Part shown: positions 11,122 through 23,496 of the stretch, piece after piece
Numbering within the stretch: position 1 is the stretch's first letter
Layout of the letters: every line of letters begins with the position of its first letter
Origin: a bacterium
GTDB taxonomy: Bacteria > Patescibacteriota > Patescibacteriia > SBBB01
DNA: 64,000 nt
NCBI GenBank assembly: GCA_005239895.1
Contig: SBBB01000011.1
Span: forward strand, 24,957-88,956
Reading direction: 5' to 3'
The notes under the pieces: generated by a model
Told to the model about the DNA's origin: nothing
Databases searched by the model: none
The model's input: the letters and a program-made list of their open reading frames with translations, nothing else
Made by a program: the position numbers and the translations under genes

Positions 11122-12516
11122 TTACTTTATCATCTCGCTAATTTTGTCACTAATGCGCCTCAAACGCGCTTGCGCTTTCTTGTCACCCTGCGCTTTTGCC
11201 TCCATTTCCATATCTACAAAAGTAAAAAGTAAGTCATCTAGCTGATTATCGTCCAGATCGCTTAGGTACGGTTTAATATCTTTATTAAAAGATGTATGTA
11301 AACTTTCATTTAATAAACAAGCTAAATACCTTTTTTCAAAGTCACTACCACAATACATAACAATTCGAACATCATCTTTTATTTTTCTAGTTATTTCTTT
11401 GTTCAATATTGAACCTCTAATACTAATAAATTCTCTAAAAAGAGAAACTACTCCATTTTTAAAAAGCTCAGGATAACCTTCTATGATCTGTTGTAAATCG
11501 AGGTCTTGAATCGCAGCTGATAAACGTAGGGTGGTAGATAAAACATCTCGCCACTTATTATGATCTTCAGAAATAAATGTAGCACAGAGCGTCCCTCTTT
11601 CGCCTCTATCTCTGATAATTCGAAAACCTAATTTTTCTAAAACTTCTGTTGAAAAATCCTGTCGATCTATTGCCCCCTGATAACCAGATTCAACATATCG
11701 AAACGATATAGTGTATTCGGGACGATCTTGATACATTTGAGCACTCATTTCAATATAATGTTTTCCAGTCGCAACTGTAAAATCAACAAAATCTTCTCCA
11801 ATAACTGAAATAATATCTCCTCTTTCTTTATTAAAAAAAATAGCATTTGAAAACACCCCTAATTTATTTAAAGTTTCATTAAAAATAATTTTACCAATTT
11901 CTGATTCCGACACTCCGTTTTTAGTAATATCTAATATCTTAATATGTGTATTTTTTTCTTCTGTAAAAAATAAAGAATTTTTTATATTCTCAACCTGAAA
12001 TTTAGATAGATTAACCGCTCGTGTTATAATTCCATGAAAAAACCTTACAGCTTCTTCTAAAGAATCAACTTCTTCCCATTTTAATAAGGGTGTCCCTTTG
12101 TCGTTTAAAATTTTTGAAAACTCATTATATGCTTCGCGACCTTTTTCTGAAAGATACGTTTTTCCATTTTCACTGACATCAACACTACCATCTCCATGTC
12201 TTAAAACATCGTTACTCCCATAACCAAAACGAGCAATCAATGAAATCTTTTCTGCATTCGTAGTAAACCTTGCAATTAAACCTTTAAGATCTATACTGCT
12301 TAACTCGGCACCAATTTTAAATCCACAAAAATTTGTAATGGCAAAAAACATGTCTTCGATTTTTTGTGTCACCCTTTTATAATCTTGCATAAATCGTCCA
12401 GCAGTCATTGAACTTGGTTCTGTGATGGCAAGTATCGCACGAGCCTGATCAGATAGTTTATTAAAATCAGAAAGTATTTCAAAATTTAAATCTTTGGCTC
12501 GACGAACACTTTCCAT
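11122..12516 (-). CDS. hypothetical protein (464 aa), no recognisable domain
   Basis: Long ORF in the same orientation as, and 40 nt downstream of, the 337-aa ORF. Soluble and acidic, with no motif I can assign. Confidence 0.5.
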   Translation of the reverse strand: MESVRRAKDLNFEILSDFNKLSDQARAILAITEPSSMTAGRFMQDYKRVTQKIEDMFFAITNFCGFKIGAELSSIDLKGLIARFTTNAEKISLIARFGYGSNDVLRHGDGSVDVSENGKTYLSEKGREAYNEFSKILNDKGTPLLKWEEVDSLEEAVRFFHGIITRAVNLSKFQVENIKNSLFFTEEKNTHIKILDITKNGVSESEIGKIIFNETLNKLGVFSNAIFFNKERGDIISVIGEDFVDFTVATGKHYIEMSAQMYQDRPEYTISFRYVESGYQGAIDRQDFSTEVLEKLGFRIIRDRGERGTLCATFISEDHNKWRDVLSTTLRLSAAIQDLDLQQIIEGYPELFKNGVVSLFREFISIRGSILNKEITRKIKDDVRIVMYCGSDFEKRYLACLLNESLHTSFNKDIKPYLSDLDDNQLDDLLFTFVDMEMEAKAQGDKKAQARLRRISDKISEMIK

Positions 12517-12556
12517 ACTGTTTTTAATAGAATCTTTTACTTCCTTTTCTTCTTTA

Positions 12557-13570
12557 TTATAATTTAAAAAAATCTCCTAAAATAACTTTTTCTTTTTGAG
12601 AAAAGAATTGGTCTAAATTGCTACTTTCCATCTTAAGCATTTCTTCGTAATGATCTGGTATTTCAAAAGCATTAAGAAAAAATTGCATATTAGTAACACC
12701 AGCCCCAAACAACTTAACAGCCAATCTTACTTGTTCATCCTTTAAATATAAATCAAGATCTTTCACTGACTGACATAATCGTAAAATGGTTCTAAATTTT
12801 TCTCCTAAAACTCTATTATCCGAAAAATATAATTGAGTATTTACATCTTTCGTATTTTGATCAGCATAAACATAATTGCTTTCTAAATTACGATTTGTAA
12901 ATAAATATTTTAACCACGCACCTCGAACATATTCCATACGCGCTGTTAAATTTTGGGAACTTTCATAACCAGAGGCAGTGTGTTGATAATTCAATACATT
13001 GGGTATAATATTTGTATTTGGTGAAAGAAAAATGGATAAAGACTCTTTGTGATTCCCTGGATCCATTATAATAGTAAATATTTCTTTGGATACACTAACT
13101 ATGGCTTTAAATCGATTTGCTATGGGTGGACGAAATTTTTGAACCTCGTCTTTTAATATTGCAATTAATTCTCTAATTTTAAAATCTTTTTCTGTTAACT
13201 GTTTAGGATCATTTATCTGAATTTTCACAAATTTATTTTCCAACAATACATATCCTTCCTGGGTAAAAGGTTTGCCAACCTCTGGAGCGTCTTCAATAAC
13301 CCTACTTAAATCGTGGGTTTCTAAAAAATAAGAAATAGTTTTTGAAATTGCTAATTCAAAACTTGGGTCATTTTTTTCAACATTTATATTCAAAACATTA
13401 TTTGGTATTAACGGAATTTTTTTAAGCTCATTTATTAGATCGTGACGTTTAGATAAACCATCATTTTTTGATTGTAAGTAGTACTTCCAAACAGCTATAA
13501 TAAATAATTTTAAATTATTATTTTTATCTTCTTCTTTTTCAATATATGGCTCGTGCTCGTATTCAGGCAT
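12557..13570 (-). CDS. hypothetical protein (337 aa), no recognisable domain
   Basis: Long ORF 46 nt downstream of the ferredoxin gene and co-oriented with it. Confidence 0.5.
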   Translation of the reverse strand: MPEYEHEPYIEKEEDKNNNLKLFIIAVWKYYLQSKNDGLSKRHDLINELKKIPLIPNNVLNINVEKNDPSFELAISKTISYFLETHDLSRVIEDAPEVGKPFTQEGYVLLENKFVKIQINDPKQLTEKDFKIRELIAILKDEVQKFRPPIANRFKAIVSVSKEIFTIIMDPGNHKESLSIFLSPNTNIIPNVLNYQHTASGYESSQNLTARMEYVRGAWLKYLFTNRNLESNYVYADQNTKDVNTQLYFSDNRVLGEKFRTILRLCQSVKDLDLYLKDEQVRLAVKLFGAGVTNMQFFLNAFEIPDHYEEMLKMESSNLDQFFSQKEKVILGDFFKL

Positions 13571-13616
13571 AATTTAAATTATTCATTATTAACTTTATTC
13601 CTCATTTTAAAATGAC

Positions 13617-13877
13617 TTACTTAATTTCCGGCCAGATTTGTTTACCATCATCATCGTAAACATATATAGCTAAAGTAGGACAAGATTTCGCAGCTTCTAA
13701 TATTAATTCAGCATCTTTTTCATTAAGATCTACATACTCAGTTAAATCACTAGAAGCTGAACCGTCTTTTTTTATAATAACTGATTTACCTTCTTGATCT
13801 AATTTAAAAACTAAAGGAGCAATCGCCACGCAATTAGCTGCCCCAATACATAAATCGCGATCAACTCTTAAGCGCAT
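13617..13877 (-). CDS. small ferredoxin (single Fe-S cluster type)
   Basis: 86 aa. The DRDLCIGAANC ... CP pattern is typical of 1x[3Fe/4Fe-4S] ferredoxins. Confidence 0.7.
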   Translation of the reverse strand: MRLRVDRDLCIGAANCVAIAPLVFKLDQEGKSVIIKKDGSASSDLTEYVDLNEKDAELILEAAKSCPTLAIYVYDDDGKQIWPEIK

Positions 13878-13894
13878 ATTTAAAAATTTAAAAA

Positions 13895-14308
13895 TTACAA
13901 ACTTGTGTGATGTTTCTTCTTTTTAACAATACGTAAATGCAATAAAGCTTTTTGCAAAGTTGCCTCAACTTCAGCTACTTCGATATCGGTTAGCTTGCCT
14001 TCTAATAATTTTTCAGCTCTAATTTTGGCTTCGTTTGCCTTAGTCTCATCTAATTCGTCAAAATGATCAGCGCTATCCGCTAAAATAGTAACTTTATTAT
14101 TTAATACTTCGACAAAACCCCCGGTAACCGCAAAATTAATATTATTACTTTGATCCGTTAAAATTCTCAACTCACCAGGTACTAACACGGATATTAATTT
14201 TTCATGACCATCCAAAACCGTAATCTCGCCATCCAAAGTGTTTAGGGTTGCGCTGACGGACGAACCCTGCCAAATTATATTATCCTGTGTAATTAGACAA
14301 ACATCCAT
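13895..14308 (-). CDS. atpC: F-type ATP synthase epsilon subunit
   Basis: 137-aa protein with an epsilon-like N-terminal beta-sandwich (ITQDNIIWQG...LDGEITVLDGH) immediately after atpD. Confidence 0.85.
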   Translation of the reverse strand: MDVCLITQDNIIWQGSSVSATLNTLDGEITVLDGHEKLISVLVPGELRILTDQSNNINFAVTGGFVEVLNNKVTILADSADHFDELDETKANEAKIRAEKLLEGKLTDIEVAEVEATLQKALLHLRIVKKKKHHTSL

Positions 14309-14345
14309 ATTGAAATAAGATTTAAGATTTACTAATTACTAATTA

Positions 14346-16837
<2,492 letters not shown>

Positions 16838-16906
16838 AATTTAAGATTTAAGATTTTGAGTTGTAAACACTTTCAACTCTCAACTTCAAAATTCAAAATT
16901 CAAGCT

Positions 16907-18823
16907 TTACTTGACCACTTCTCCTTCAATCGGCTCATCGTTTGGTTTGCTGCTGTCTGTCTCTGGAGAAGATTGAGTAGAACTGTCAGATGATGTTTTG
17001 CTAGCTTCAGCCTTAGCAGCTTCAGCTGCTTGATATAATTCTGCACCAACCTGCTGAATAACAGTATTTAAATCATTAAACGCAGTTCTGATTTGAGCTT
17101 CGTCATCACTGTCTTTAACTTTTTTTAAAGTTTCTAACTTTTCTTGCACTGTTTTTATAGTTTCTTCCTTAGCTTTATCTTTAGCATCCGCAAGCGTCTT
17201 CTCTGTGGTATAAATTACAACATCCACACTATTCCTAAGATCAATCAAGGCTCGTTTCTTTTTATCTTCTTCCGCGTGCAGTTGAGCGTCTTTGGTCATT
17301 TTATCTACTTCTTCTTTACTTAATCCTGTTGAAGCTGTAATCGTAATCTTTTGTTCTTTATTGGTGGCTTTATCTTTAGCAGAAACATTTAAAATACCAT
17401 TAGCGTCAATATCAAATGTAACTTCTACTTGAGGTATGCCGCGCGGAGCGCTAGGAATACCAGACAAAATAAATCTCCCTAAGGTTTTATTATTTTCCGC
17501 CATTTCTCTCTCTCCCTGTAAAACATGAATTTCAACCGAAGTTTGTCCATCCGCAGCCGTAGAAAAAACTTGAGATTTAGAAGTTGGAATCGTAGTGTTT
17601 CTTTCAATTAATTTTGTCATAACTCCTCCTAAGGTTTCTATACCTAAAGACAAAGGCGTAACATCTAATAATAAAACATCGTGCAATTCGCCTTGGAGAA
17701 CACCAGCTTCAACAGCTGCCCCGACTGCCACAACCTCATCTGGATTCACACTAATATTGGGTTTTTTATTGAATAACTTTTCTACGGTTTGCAAAACTAA
17801 TGGCATGCGAGTTTGTCCTCCCACCATAATCACTTCATTTATATCTGTAACTTTAAGACCTGCGTCTTCTAAAGCTTTCTTGCAGGGAACTAATGTCTTT
17901 TCCACTAAATCTCCCACCAATTCTTCTAGTTTCGCGCGCGTCAATTTAAGCAATAAATGCTTAGGACCCGAAGCATCCGAAGTAATAAAAGGTTGATTAA
18001 TCTCAGTTTCAACCACTGTAGATAATTCTATTTTAACTTTTTCAGCGCTCTCTTTAATTCTCTGTAGGGCAAATTGATCTTTGGACAAATCAATACCTTG
18101 ATCTTTTTTAAATTCATCAATAATCCAAGTTATCACTCTTTGATCAAAATCATCTCCACCTAAATGCGTGTCACCATTAGTTGCTTTTACTTCTACGATG
18201 TCGTCTCCTATTTCTAGCACCGACACATCAAAGGTTCCACCACCCAAATCATACACTACAATTTTTTCATTTTTCTTTTTATTAAATCCATACGCCAAAG
18301 CCGCGGCTGTCGGCTCATTAATAATCCGTTTTATATTTAATCCCGCAATCTGACCGGCGTCTTTAGTAGCCTGGCGCTGAGCATCATCAAAATAAGCTGG
18401 AACCGTAACCACAGCTTCGGTAATCTTTTCACCCAAACGTTCTTCCGCATCGGTTTTTAATTTTTGCAAAACAAAAGCTGAAATTTCTTGAGGAGTATAT
18501 TCTTTGTTATTCATCACAACTTTAATACCTTCTCCGGACTGTATAATTTTATAGGGTGTAAGTGACAAGTCTTTTTGCACCTTAGGATCATCAAACCTGC
18601 GACCAATTAAACGCTTTATAGAATATAAAGTATTGATTGGATTTGTTACGGCTTGGCGCTTAGCTAATTGTCCAACTAATCTTTCTCCGGACTTAGATAC
18701 AGCTACCACTGATGGGGTAGTTCGATTACCTTCTCTATTTTCTAACACCTTGGGCTCACCACCTTCAATAATCGCCATGCAAGAATTAGTAGTTCCTAAA
18801 TCAATTCCTAAAATTTTCGCCAT
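16907..18823 (-). CDS. dnaK: chaperone DnaK (Hsp70)
   Basis: 638 aa with Hsp70 signatures ([24 protein letters not shown]). Confidence 0.97.
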   Translation of the reverse strand: MAKILGIDLGTTNSCMAIIEGGEPKVLENREGNRTTPSVVAVSKSGERLVGQLAKRQAVTNPINTLYSIKRLIGRRFDDPKVQKDLSLTPYKIIQSGEGIKVVMNNKEYTPQEISAFVLQKLKTDAEERLGEKITEAVVTVPAYFDDAQRQATKDAGQIAGLNIKRIINEPTAAALAYGFNKKKNEKIVVYDLGGGTFDVSVLEIGDDIVEVKATNGDTHLGGDDFDQRVITWIIDEFKKDQGIDLSKDQFALQRIKESAEKVKIELSTVVETEINQPFITSDASGPKHLLLKLTRAKLEELVGDLVEKTLVPCKKALEDAGLKVTDINEVIMVGGQTRMPLVLQTVEKLFNKKPNISVNPDEVVAVGAAVEAGVLQGELHDVLLLDVTPLSLGIETLGGVMTKLIERNTTIPTSKSQVFSTAADGQTSVEIHVLQGEREMAENNKTLGRFILSGIPSAPRGIPQVEVTFDIDANGILNVSAKDKATNKEQKITITASTGLSKEEVDKMTKDAQLHAEEDKKKRALIDLRNSVDVVIYTTEKTLADAKDKAKEETIKTVQEKLETLKKVKDSDDEAQIRTAFNDLNTVIQQVGAELYQAAEAAKAEASKTSSDSSTQSSPETDSSKPNDEPIEGEVVK

Positions 18824-18885
18824 ATTTTCAAAAAATAAATTAAATAAAAAACGCTCGTGCGTTAATAAATATAAAACCCAAAAGA

Positions 18886-19467
18886 TTAAACGTTCTTAAT
18901 AATTACTTTAGCTGGTTTGATAACCTTGCCTTTACAAGTGTATCCCACTGATAATTCTTTAACCACTATTTGTTTAATTTTATTCTCAGTGTTATTGTCA
19001 ACTGTAATTGTTCCTTCCAGTGAATTTTGCTCTTCGCTTATCGCTTCGTGCATCTCGGGATTAAAAACACTATTAACACTATCCATGCGAACCACTTCCC
19101 ACTTTTTAAGCAAATTTTCAAACTGCTTGGACACTTGTATTATACCATCGTATAAGGCTTTGTCAATAGACTTATTATTAGATTCTAACAATTTACAAGC
19201 CATGCAAAAATTGTCGTAAACCTCTAAAAAATCAGACAATAAAAACATCTTAGCGGTTTCAATATAAGCTTCTCTTTCTTGATCCGTAGCTTTTTTTAAA
19301 TTCTGATAATCAGCCTTAGAACGTCTCCAGCCATCCAAATAAGATTGAGATTCGTTTTTTACTTTCTCTAGATCAGCCTTAAGAACTTCTAATACTTTTT
19401 CTAAGTCTGAATCCGATGGCAAAACACCATTAACCAAAGTATTGTTTGTATTATTTACATCATTCAT
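18886..19467 (-). CDS. grpE: nucleotide exchange factor GrpE
   Basis: 193-aa GrpE-like coiled-coil plus C-terminal domain, upstream of dnaK. Confidence 0.9.
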   Translation of the reverse strand: MNDVNNTNNTLVNGVLPSDSDLEKVLEVLKADLEKVKNESQSYLDGWRRSKADYQNLKKATDQEREAYIETAKMFLLSDFLEVYDNFCMACKLLESNNKSIDKALYDGIIQVSKQFENLLKKWEVVRMDSVNSVFNPEMHEAISEEQNSLEGTITVDNNTENKIKQIVVKELSVGYTCKGKVIKPAKVIIKNV

Positions 19468-19554
19468 AAAAAAACTTTTAGCTTTTAGCTTTTAGCTTTC
19501 TAACCCTTCCGACCTAAAGATCGTCAAGACCTGCTACTTTCTACTTTCTACTTT

Positions 19555-19716
19555 TTAACTTATTTGTTTATCTGCAACAATCATCAAAGAAATAATAGTT
19601 ACTAATAAACCAATCACAATGTCATTTCCTCTAGCAAATCCACTATATCCCCATACAAATGGAGATAAAATTAACCAAATTCCGAGTAAAGTTTGAGCCC
19701 ACACTACAGGTTTCAT
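19555..19716 (-). CDS. small hydrophobic protein (53 aa, 2 predicted TM)
   Basis: ORF MKPVVWAQTLLGIWLILSPFVWGYSGF... lies below the ORF-track size cutoff. It is hydrophobic and speculative. Confidence 0.3.
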   Translation of the reverse strand: MKPVVWAQTLLGIWLILSPFVWGYSGFARGNDIVIGLLVTIISLMIVADKQIS

Positions 19717-19831
19717 ATGTTAAATATTTGTAACTTAAAAATTTTGGCGGGTTTAGTAGTCCGACTACTCATAAGTAGTCGGACTACTTTATGAGTCTAA
19801 TTCTTTATTCCGAACACACACTTTCTACATT

Positions 19832-21349
19832 CTACAACACTTTAGACACTAATGTCAAAATGGTTCTAACTCCAAAACCCGTAGCACCTTTAGCTATACA
19901 ACAGCCATGGATGGTTTCAGCCCAAGCTGGACCAGCTATATCAATGTGAGCCCAAGGTATGTTTTCTGTGAACTCCTCTAAAAATAATCCAGCGGTTATA
20001 GTTCCTCCATACCTGGATTTACTAGTATTCCGCACATCCGCTACTTCGCTCTTAATTAAACTTTTATATTCTGGTACAAGCGGTAGTTCCCAAATTTTTT
20101 CTCCACTTATTTTAGATGCTTTCTTAATCATTTCAGTTAACTTGTCATTATTACTCATTAAACCTGCTACCTGTTCTCCTAAAGCTACCATACAAGCTCC
20201 AGTTAAAGTAGCTAGATCAATCATATAATCTGGTTTTAAATTTGTGGCATAACACAAACTGTCAGCTAAAATTAAACGACCCTCAGCATCGGTATTCAAA
20301 ACTTCTATGGTTTTACCCTTCATGGTTGTTAAAATATCACCAGGTTTAATGGCTGTTCCGGATGGCATATTTTCGCAAAATGCCATAATTCCATGAATTT
20401 CTATTTTGGGCTTTAAAACTTGCAAAACCTTAAACACGCCTAACACGACCGCAGCACCAGCCATATCTAATTTCATAGTTTCCATATGGTCCGAACCTTT
20501 TAAAGACAATCCACCAGAATCAAATGTAATACCCTTACCCAATAAAGCGATTTTTTTACTAGATTTAACCTTTTCAGGTTTATAAATTAAATGCACAAAA
20601 TACGGTTCTAAATTAGAACCAGCTGACACACCCAAAACCCCACCCATTTTCATTTTTTTGATTTCATTTTTATTATAAACCTTAACTGTAATCATTTTAT
20701 TTTTTAAACCACTGGCTACATTTGCTAAATATTTAGGCGTAGCTATGGACGGCATTTCGTTTACTAAATCCCGCGTAAAATTTGTAGCGGAACAAAAAAG
20801 TTTAGAAATTTCAATTGCATTCTGCGTCTCTTTTAAATTTATTTTTTGTGCTGAAAAAACCAAAGAAACTTTTTCTGGTAACTGATGATTTTTTAACTCC
20901 TCGGTTTTATATTTCAAAAATTTATAACTACCCAAATAAAAACCATCGCTTAAACTAGATACTATAGTTTGAGCTTCAAATTTTTTAACTAATTCTTCTT
21001 CTATAACCAAACTTAAAGTTGAACATTTTAAAGATTTGGCCTTACTAATAATATAACTAGCCAAAACTCTTAAAGTGTCTGGTGTGCATTCTGAAAATTT
21101 ACCACCACCTATTAAAATAATTCGCTCGGTTTTTAATTTATCATTACCATAGCATGTTAATACTTGACCCACTTCAGCTTTCCAGAATTCAGATTTAATG
21201 GTTTTTACTAACGCATTATTCAAAAGACTGTTGATTTCTTGGCCTTCTGAGCCTAAATCAACCTCGTCTTTTTGATTTTTAAAAACTATTAAAACTAAAG
21301 CTTGACTGCTTATCGCGTTTAATTTGCTAGATTGTACTTTAATTTCCAT
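19832..21349 (-). CDS. pepA: leucyl aminopeptidase (M17 family)
   Basis: 505 aa with the NTDAEGRL signature and metal-binding residues of M17 peptidases. Confidence 0.9.
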   Translation of the reverse strand: MEIKVQSSKLNAISSQALVLIVFKNQKDEVDLGSEGQEINSLLNNALVKTIKSEFWKAEVGQVLTCYGNDKLKTERIILIGGGKFSECTPDTLRVLASYIISKAKSLKCSTLSLVIEEELVKKFEAQTIVSSLSDGFYLGSYKFLKYKTEELKNHQLPEKVSLVFSAQKINLKETQNAIEISKLFCSATNFTRDLVNEMPSIATPKYLANVASGLKNKMITVKVYNKNEIKKMKMGGVLGVSAGSNLEPYFVHLIYKPEKVKSSKKIALLGKGITFDSGGLSLKGSDHMETMKLDMAGAAVVLGVFKVLQVLKPKIEIHGIMAFCENMPSGTAIKPGDILTTMKGKTIEVLNTDAEGRLILADSLCYATNLKPDYMIDLATLTGACMVALGEQVAGLMSNNDKLTEMIKKASKISGEKIWELPLVPEYKSLIKSEVADVRNTSKSRYGGTITAGLFLEEFTENIPWAHIDIAGPAWAETIHGCCIAKGATGFGVRTILTLVSKVL

Positions 21350-21442
21350 ATTTATTTTTTAATATTAATTGATTGTGGGACGCAGCTTCGTATTATGCCT
21401 GCGTCCCCTTAAAATAAAAAAGTATTGTGCGCTATTATGGCG

Positions 21443-21895
21443 CTATACCAACATCAATGATTTTAGAGTTGCTGAATCATCAGCATAATACCGATAAACA
21501 GCAACAATCTCGTTGGCATTGTCGTGCCAACAAATTGAATCCACAATTGTCTCGGGCCTAAATTTAACCACAAACCTGGACTCATTTAATAAATATGCTC
21601 CACACGACGAGCACTTTGCATCCAAGCTAAATCCCCTACCCGAAGATTTTGTCAAATACTCCAGATTCAGAGGAGCATCAGCTCTTAAGACTTTAGGTTT
21701 TCTACGCCCATAAAACAAGCATTTCAAAATAATATCTCTGATTTCTTTGGGCATATTGTTGCCAAAAATCACATACCGAGGCAAGGCATCTTCGCTCACG
21801 CCCTGCTGGTTGTTATTCAACCTTGTTTGTAACTCCGTAAGCCTGAATGTAAACAAACTTGGAGTATGTCTAGTATTTGAAAAACCTGAAAACAT
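21443..21895 (-). CDS. hypothetical protein (~150 aa from SD-supported start; ORF-track start 21937)
   Basis: AAAAGGAGGCGACT-ATG sits 5 nt upstream of the internal Met at 21895. It is translationally coupled to the upstream 175-aa ORF. GC is visibly higher than the flanks. Confidence 0.45.
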   Translation of the reverse strand: MFSGFSNTRHTPSLFTFRLTELQTRLNNNQQGVSEDALPRYVIFGNNMPKEIRDIILKCLFYGRRKPKVLRADAPLNLEYLTKSSGRGFSLDAKCSSCGAYLLNESRFVVKFRPETIVDSICWHDNANEIVAVYRYYADDSATLKSLMLV

Positions 21896-21908
21896 AGTCG
21901 CCTCCTTT

Positions 21909-22436
21909 TCATATTGTACAACATTCAACATTGTCACTGATAAAACCCGTTACACCCTTATCAATCTTCCCTGAAGGATAAACAGTACAAAGACGATATA
22001 GATCGCCATCAAAACAATCTCCAGTAAGAAGACTTACAGGCTTCTCAAAAATACGAGAGAGTGCCAGAAACGGCTTAACATCTTTAGACATCCGAAATTC
22101 TCCTAACTGCTCGTAGGTTTCAATAGTGAACGGCAACTCCACCTCTACGATATTGTAAAGCTTCTCATTCAAACCACCCCAGCTCAAATTAAAAGGAAAT
22201 ATCCGTTTAATCTTCTTTTGTTGTGGATTAAACATGGGTCTTAACATCTGTGGTGTGATGCCAACGAGTGGTAACACTCTAGTCATTGGCAACATCCATA
22301 CAATCTCACTACAAGTAATAGAAAGAGATGAAACACTGTTTAACTGTCTTACAAATAAACTCATGCAGTCAGTTTTAATAAACTCTTCTCTAATGACTTG
22401 ATCTGTAACATCTTCTGGCTGTTTATATTTAAGCAT
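21909..22436 (-). CDS. hypothetical protein (175 aa)
   Basis: AGGAGA lies 6 nt upstream of the ATG. The segment is visibly GC-richer than its surroundings, and no domain was recognised. Confidence 0.5.
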   Translation of the reverse strand: MLKYKQPEDVTDQVIREEFIKTDCMSLFVRQLNSVSSLSITCSEIVWMLPMTRVLPLVGITPQMLRPMFNPQQKKIKRIFPFNLSWGGLNEKLYNIVEVELPFTIETYEQLGEFRMSKDVKPFLALSRIFEKPVSLLTGDCFDGDLYRLCTVYPSGKIDKGVTGFISDNVECCTI

Positions 22437-22588
22437 TGTTGTCTCCTGTTTTAGTTGTAGATACTTGATTGTTTATACAAATAATTTTACACGATCTATT
22501 TATAAAGTCAAATAATTTAACAAGTACAACTATTATTTACGCCCAACCATTTTAAAATTCACCATAAAATATGTTATAATACAAATAT

Positions 22589-22780
22589 ATGAATACTGAT
22601 AAAATAAAAATAGTTCTAGGTGTTATTATTTTTGTTCTTATATATCTTTTAATCGGAGAAACCATAGTCTGGTTATATTTTATACCTATTGATACAGGAT
22701 TTACCCTTGATAGTTTTATGTCCTCTATTCCTATAGCTATTATATGGCCTGCTACATTGCCATCTTTATTTTTCAAATAG
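22589..22780 (+). CDS. small hydrophobic peptide (63 aa), speculative
   Basis: Strongly hydrophobic ORF in an AT-rich spacer. The overlapping minus-strand ORF looks less protein-like. Confidence 0.25.
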   Translation: MNTDKIKIVLGVIIFVLIYLLIGETIVWLYFIPIDTGFTLDSFMSSIPIAIIWPATLPSLFFK

Positions 22781-22875
22781 AAACATCTAAAACAGTCAAC
22801 TAAATTACAAACAATACCAGACGTAATTACAAACAAAACTAAACGTATAAATTATATATATTATTAGTCTATTAC

Positions 22876-22909
22876 CGTGACGCTATATCTCGATCGTGAT
22901 GAAGTGTCA
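22876..22909. repeat. 34-nt palindrome GTGACg..atCTCGATCGTGATGAAGTGTCAC (family copy a, degenerate left arm)
   Basis: Inverted repeat with a CGATCG centre. Related copies lie at 30417, 48607 and 50395. Confidence 0.8.
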
Positions 22910-23001
22910 CAGTGCAAAATTAGTATAATTTAATACAAATACTAAAACTTGCCATATAACACCTAGGCGCGATCGAGCTTAAGAGTGATAGCGTCAAAAA
23001 G

Positions 23002-23304
23002 TTAAACTTTTAGTTTTTCTAAATATGCAGATACTTGATCCACATCCGAATCAGCTAAAATATGTCCATCAATATCTAAAGTCGGGGTTTTGGTTTGACC
23101 AGATTTTTGTAACATCTCTTTAAAAAATTCTTCATTAGTCAAAACATTTCTTTCTTCAAATTTTATTTTTTTCTTATTTAAATAATCTAAAACATCTTTG
23201 CACCACGGACACCCTGTTTTAACATATATAATTATATTCATATTTTTAATCATTATCGTCCTATAATTTACTCCAAGACTTATAAACTTTAAAAAAATTA
23301 TCAT
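23002..23304 (-). CDS. glutaredoxin-like protein (CPWC active site)
   Basis: YVKTGCPWCKDV thioredoxin-fold motif. The true start may be the internal MNIIIY (79 aa). Confidence 0.75.
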   Translation of the reverse strand: MIIFLKFISLGVNYRTIMIKNMNIIIYVKTGCPWCKDVLDYLNKKKIKFEERNVLTNEEFFKEMLQKSGQTKTPTLDIDGHILADSDVDQVSAYLEKLKV

Positions 23305-23466
23305 TTTGTCATCCTCGGGCTTGACCCGGGGATCCAGGTTATGTTTAATAATTCTATACTCTGACCAGATATGCTGTCGACCACTATTGAAACAATGATC
23401 GTAAACGTGCGCGCTCCTGGATTCCCGCCTGCGCGGGAATGACAGGAAAAACGCAGAAATGACAGG
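23305..23466. repeat. MITE-like ~150-nt palindromic element, copy A (TGTCATCCTCGGG ... TTGACCCGGGGATCCAGGTTAT ... GCGCTCCTGGATTCCCG ... CGGGAATGACA)
   Basis: GC-rich inverted-repeat element with no ORF. A second copy lies at 46353-46490 and a TGTCATTCCCT fragment at ~11072. Confidence 0.65.
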
Positions 23467-23496
23467 AAAAATTTTCTACTTTCAACTTTTTACTTT

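Noticed and set aside
19468-19560. CIRCE/HrcA operator upstream of grpE-dnaK-dnaJ
   Set aside because: No TTAGCACTC-N9-GAGTGCTAA-like inverted repeat is present. The leader instead contains the tandem AAAGTAGAAAGT / AAAGCTAAAAGC oligomers.
21443-22436. Single frameshifted pseudogene spanning the 175-aa and 164-aa ORFs
   Set aside because: The downstream ORF has its own strong SD (AAAAGGAGG) 5 nt before an internal ATG, placed just after the upstream stop. Two translationally coupled genes is the more economical reading.
22552-22836. 94-aa minus-strand ORF overlapping the 63-aa plus-strand hydrophobic ORF
   Set aside because: Neither is convincing. The plus-strand peptide is kept only as a low-confidence feature because of its clean TM-like composition. 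The minus one has no RBS and a low-complexity sequence.
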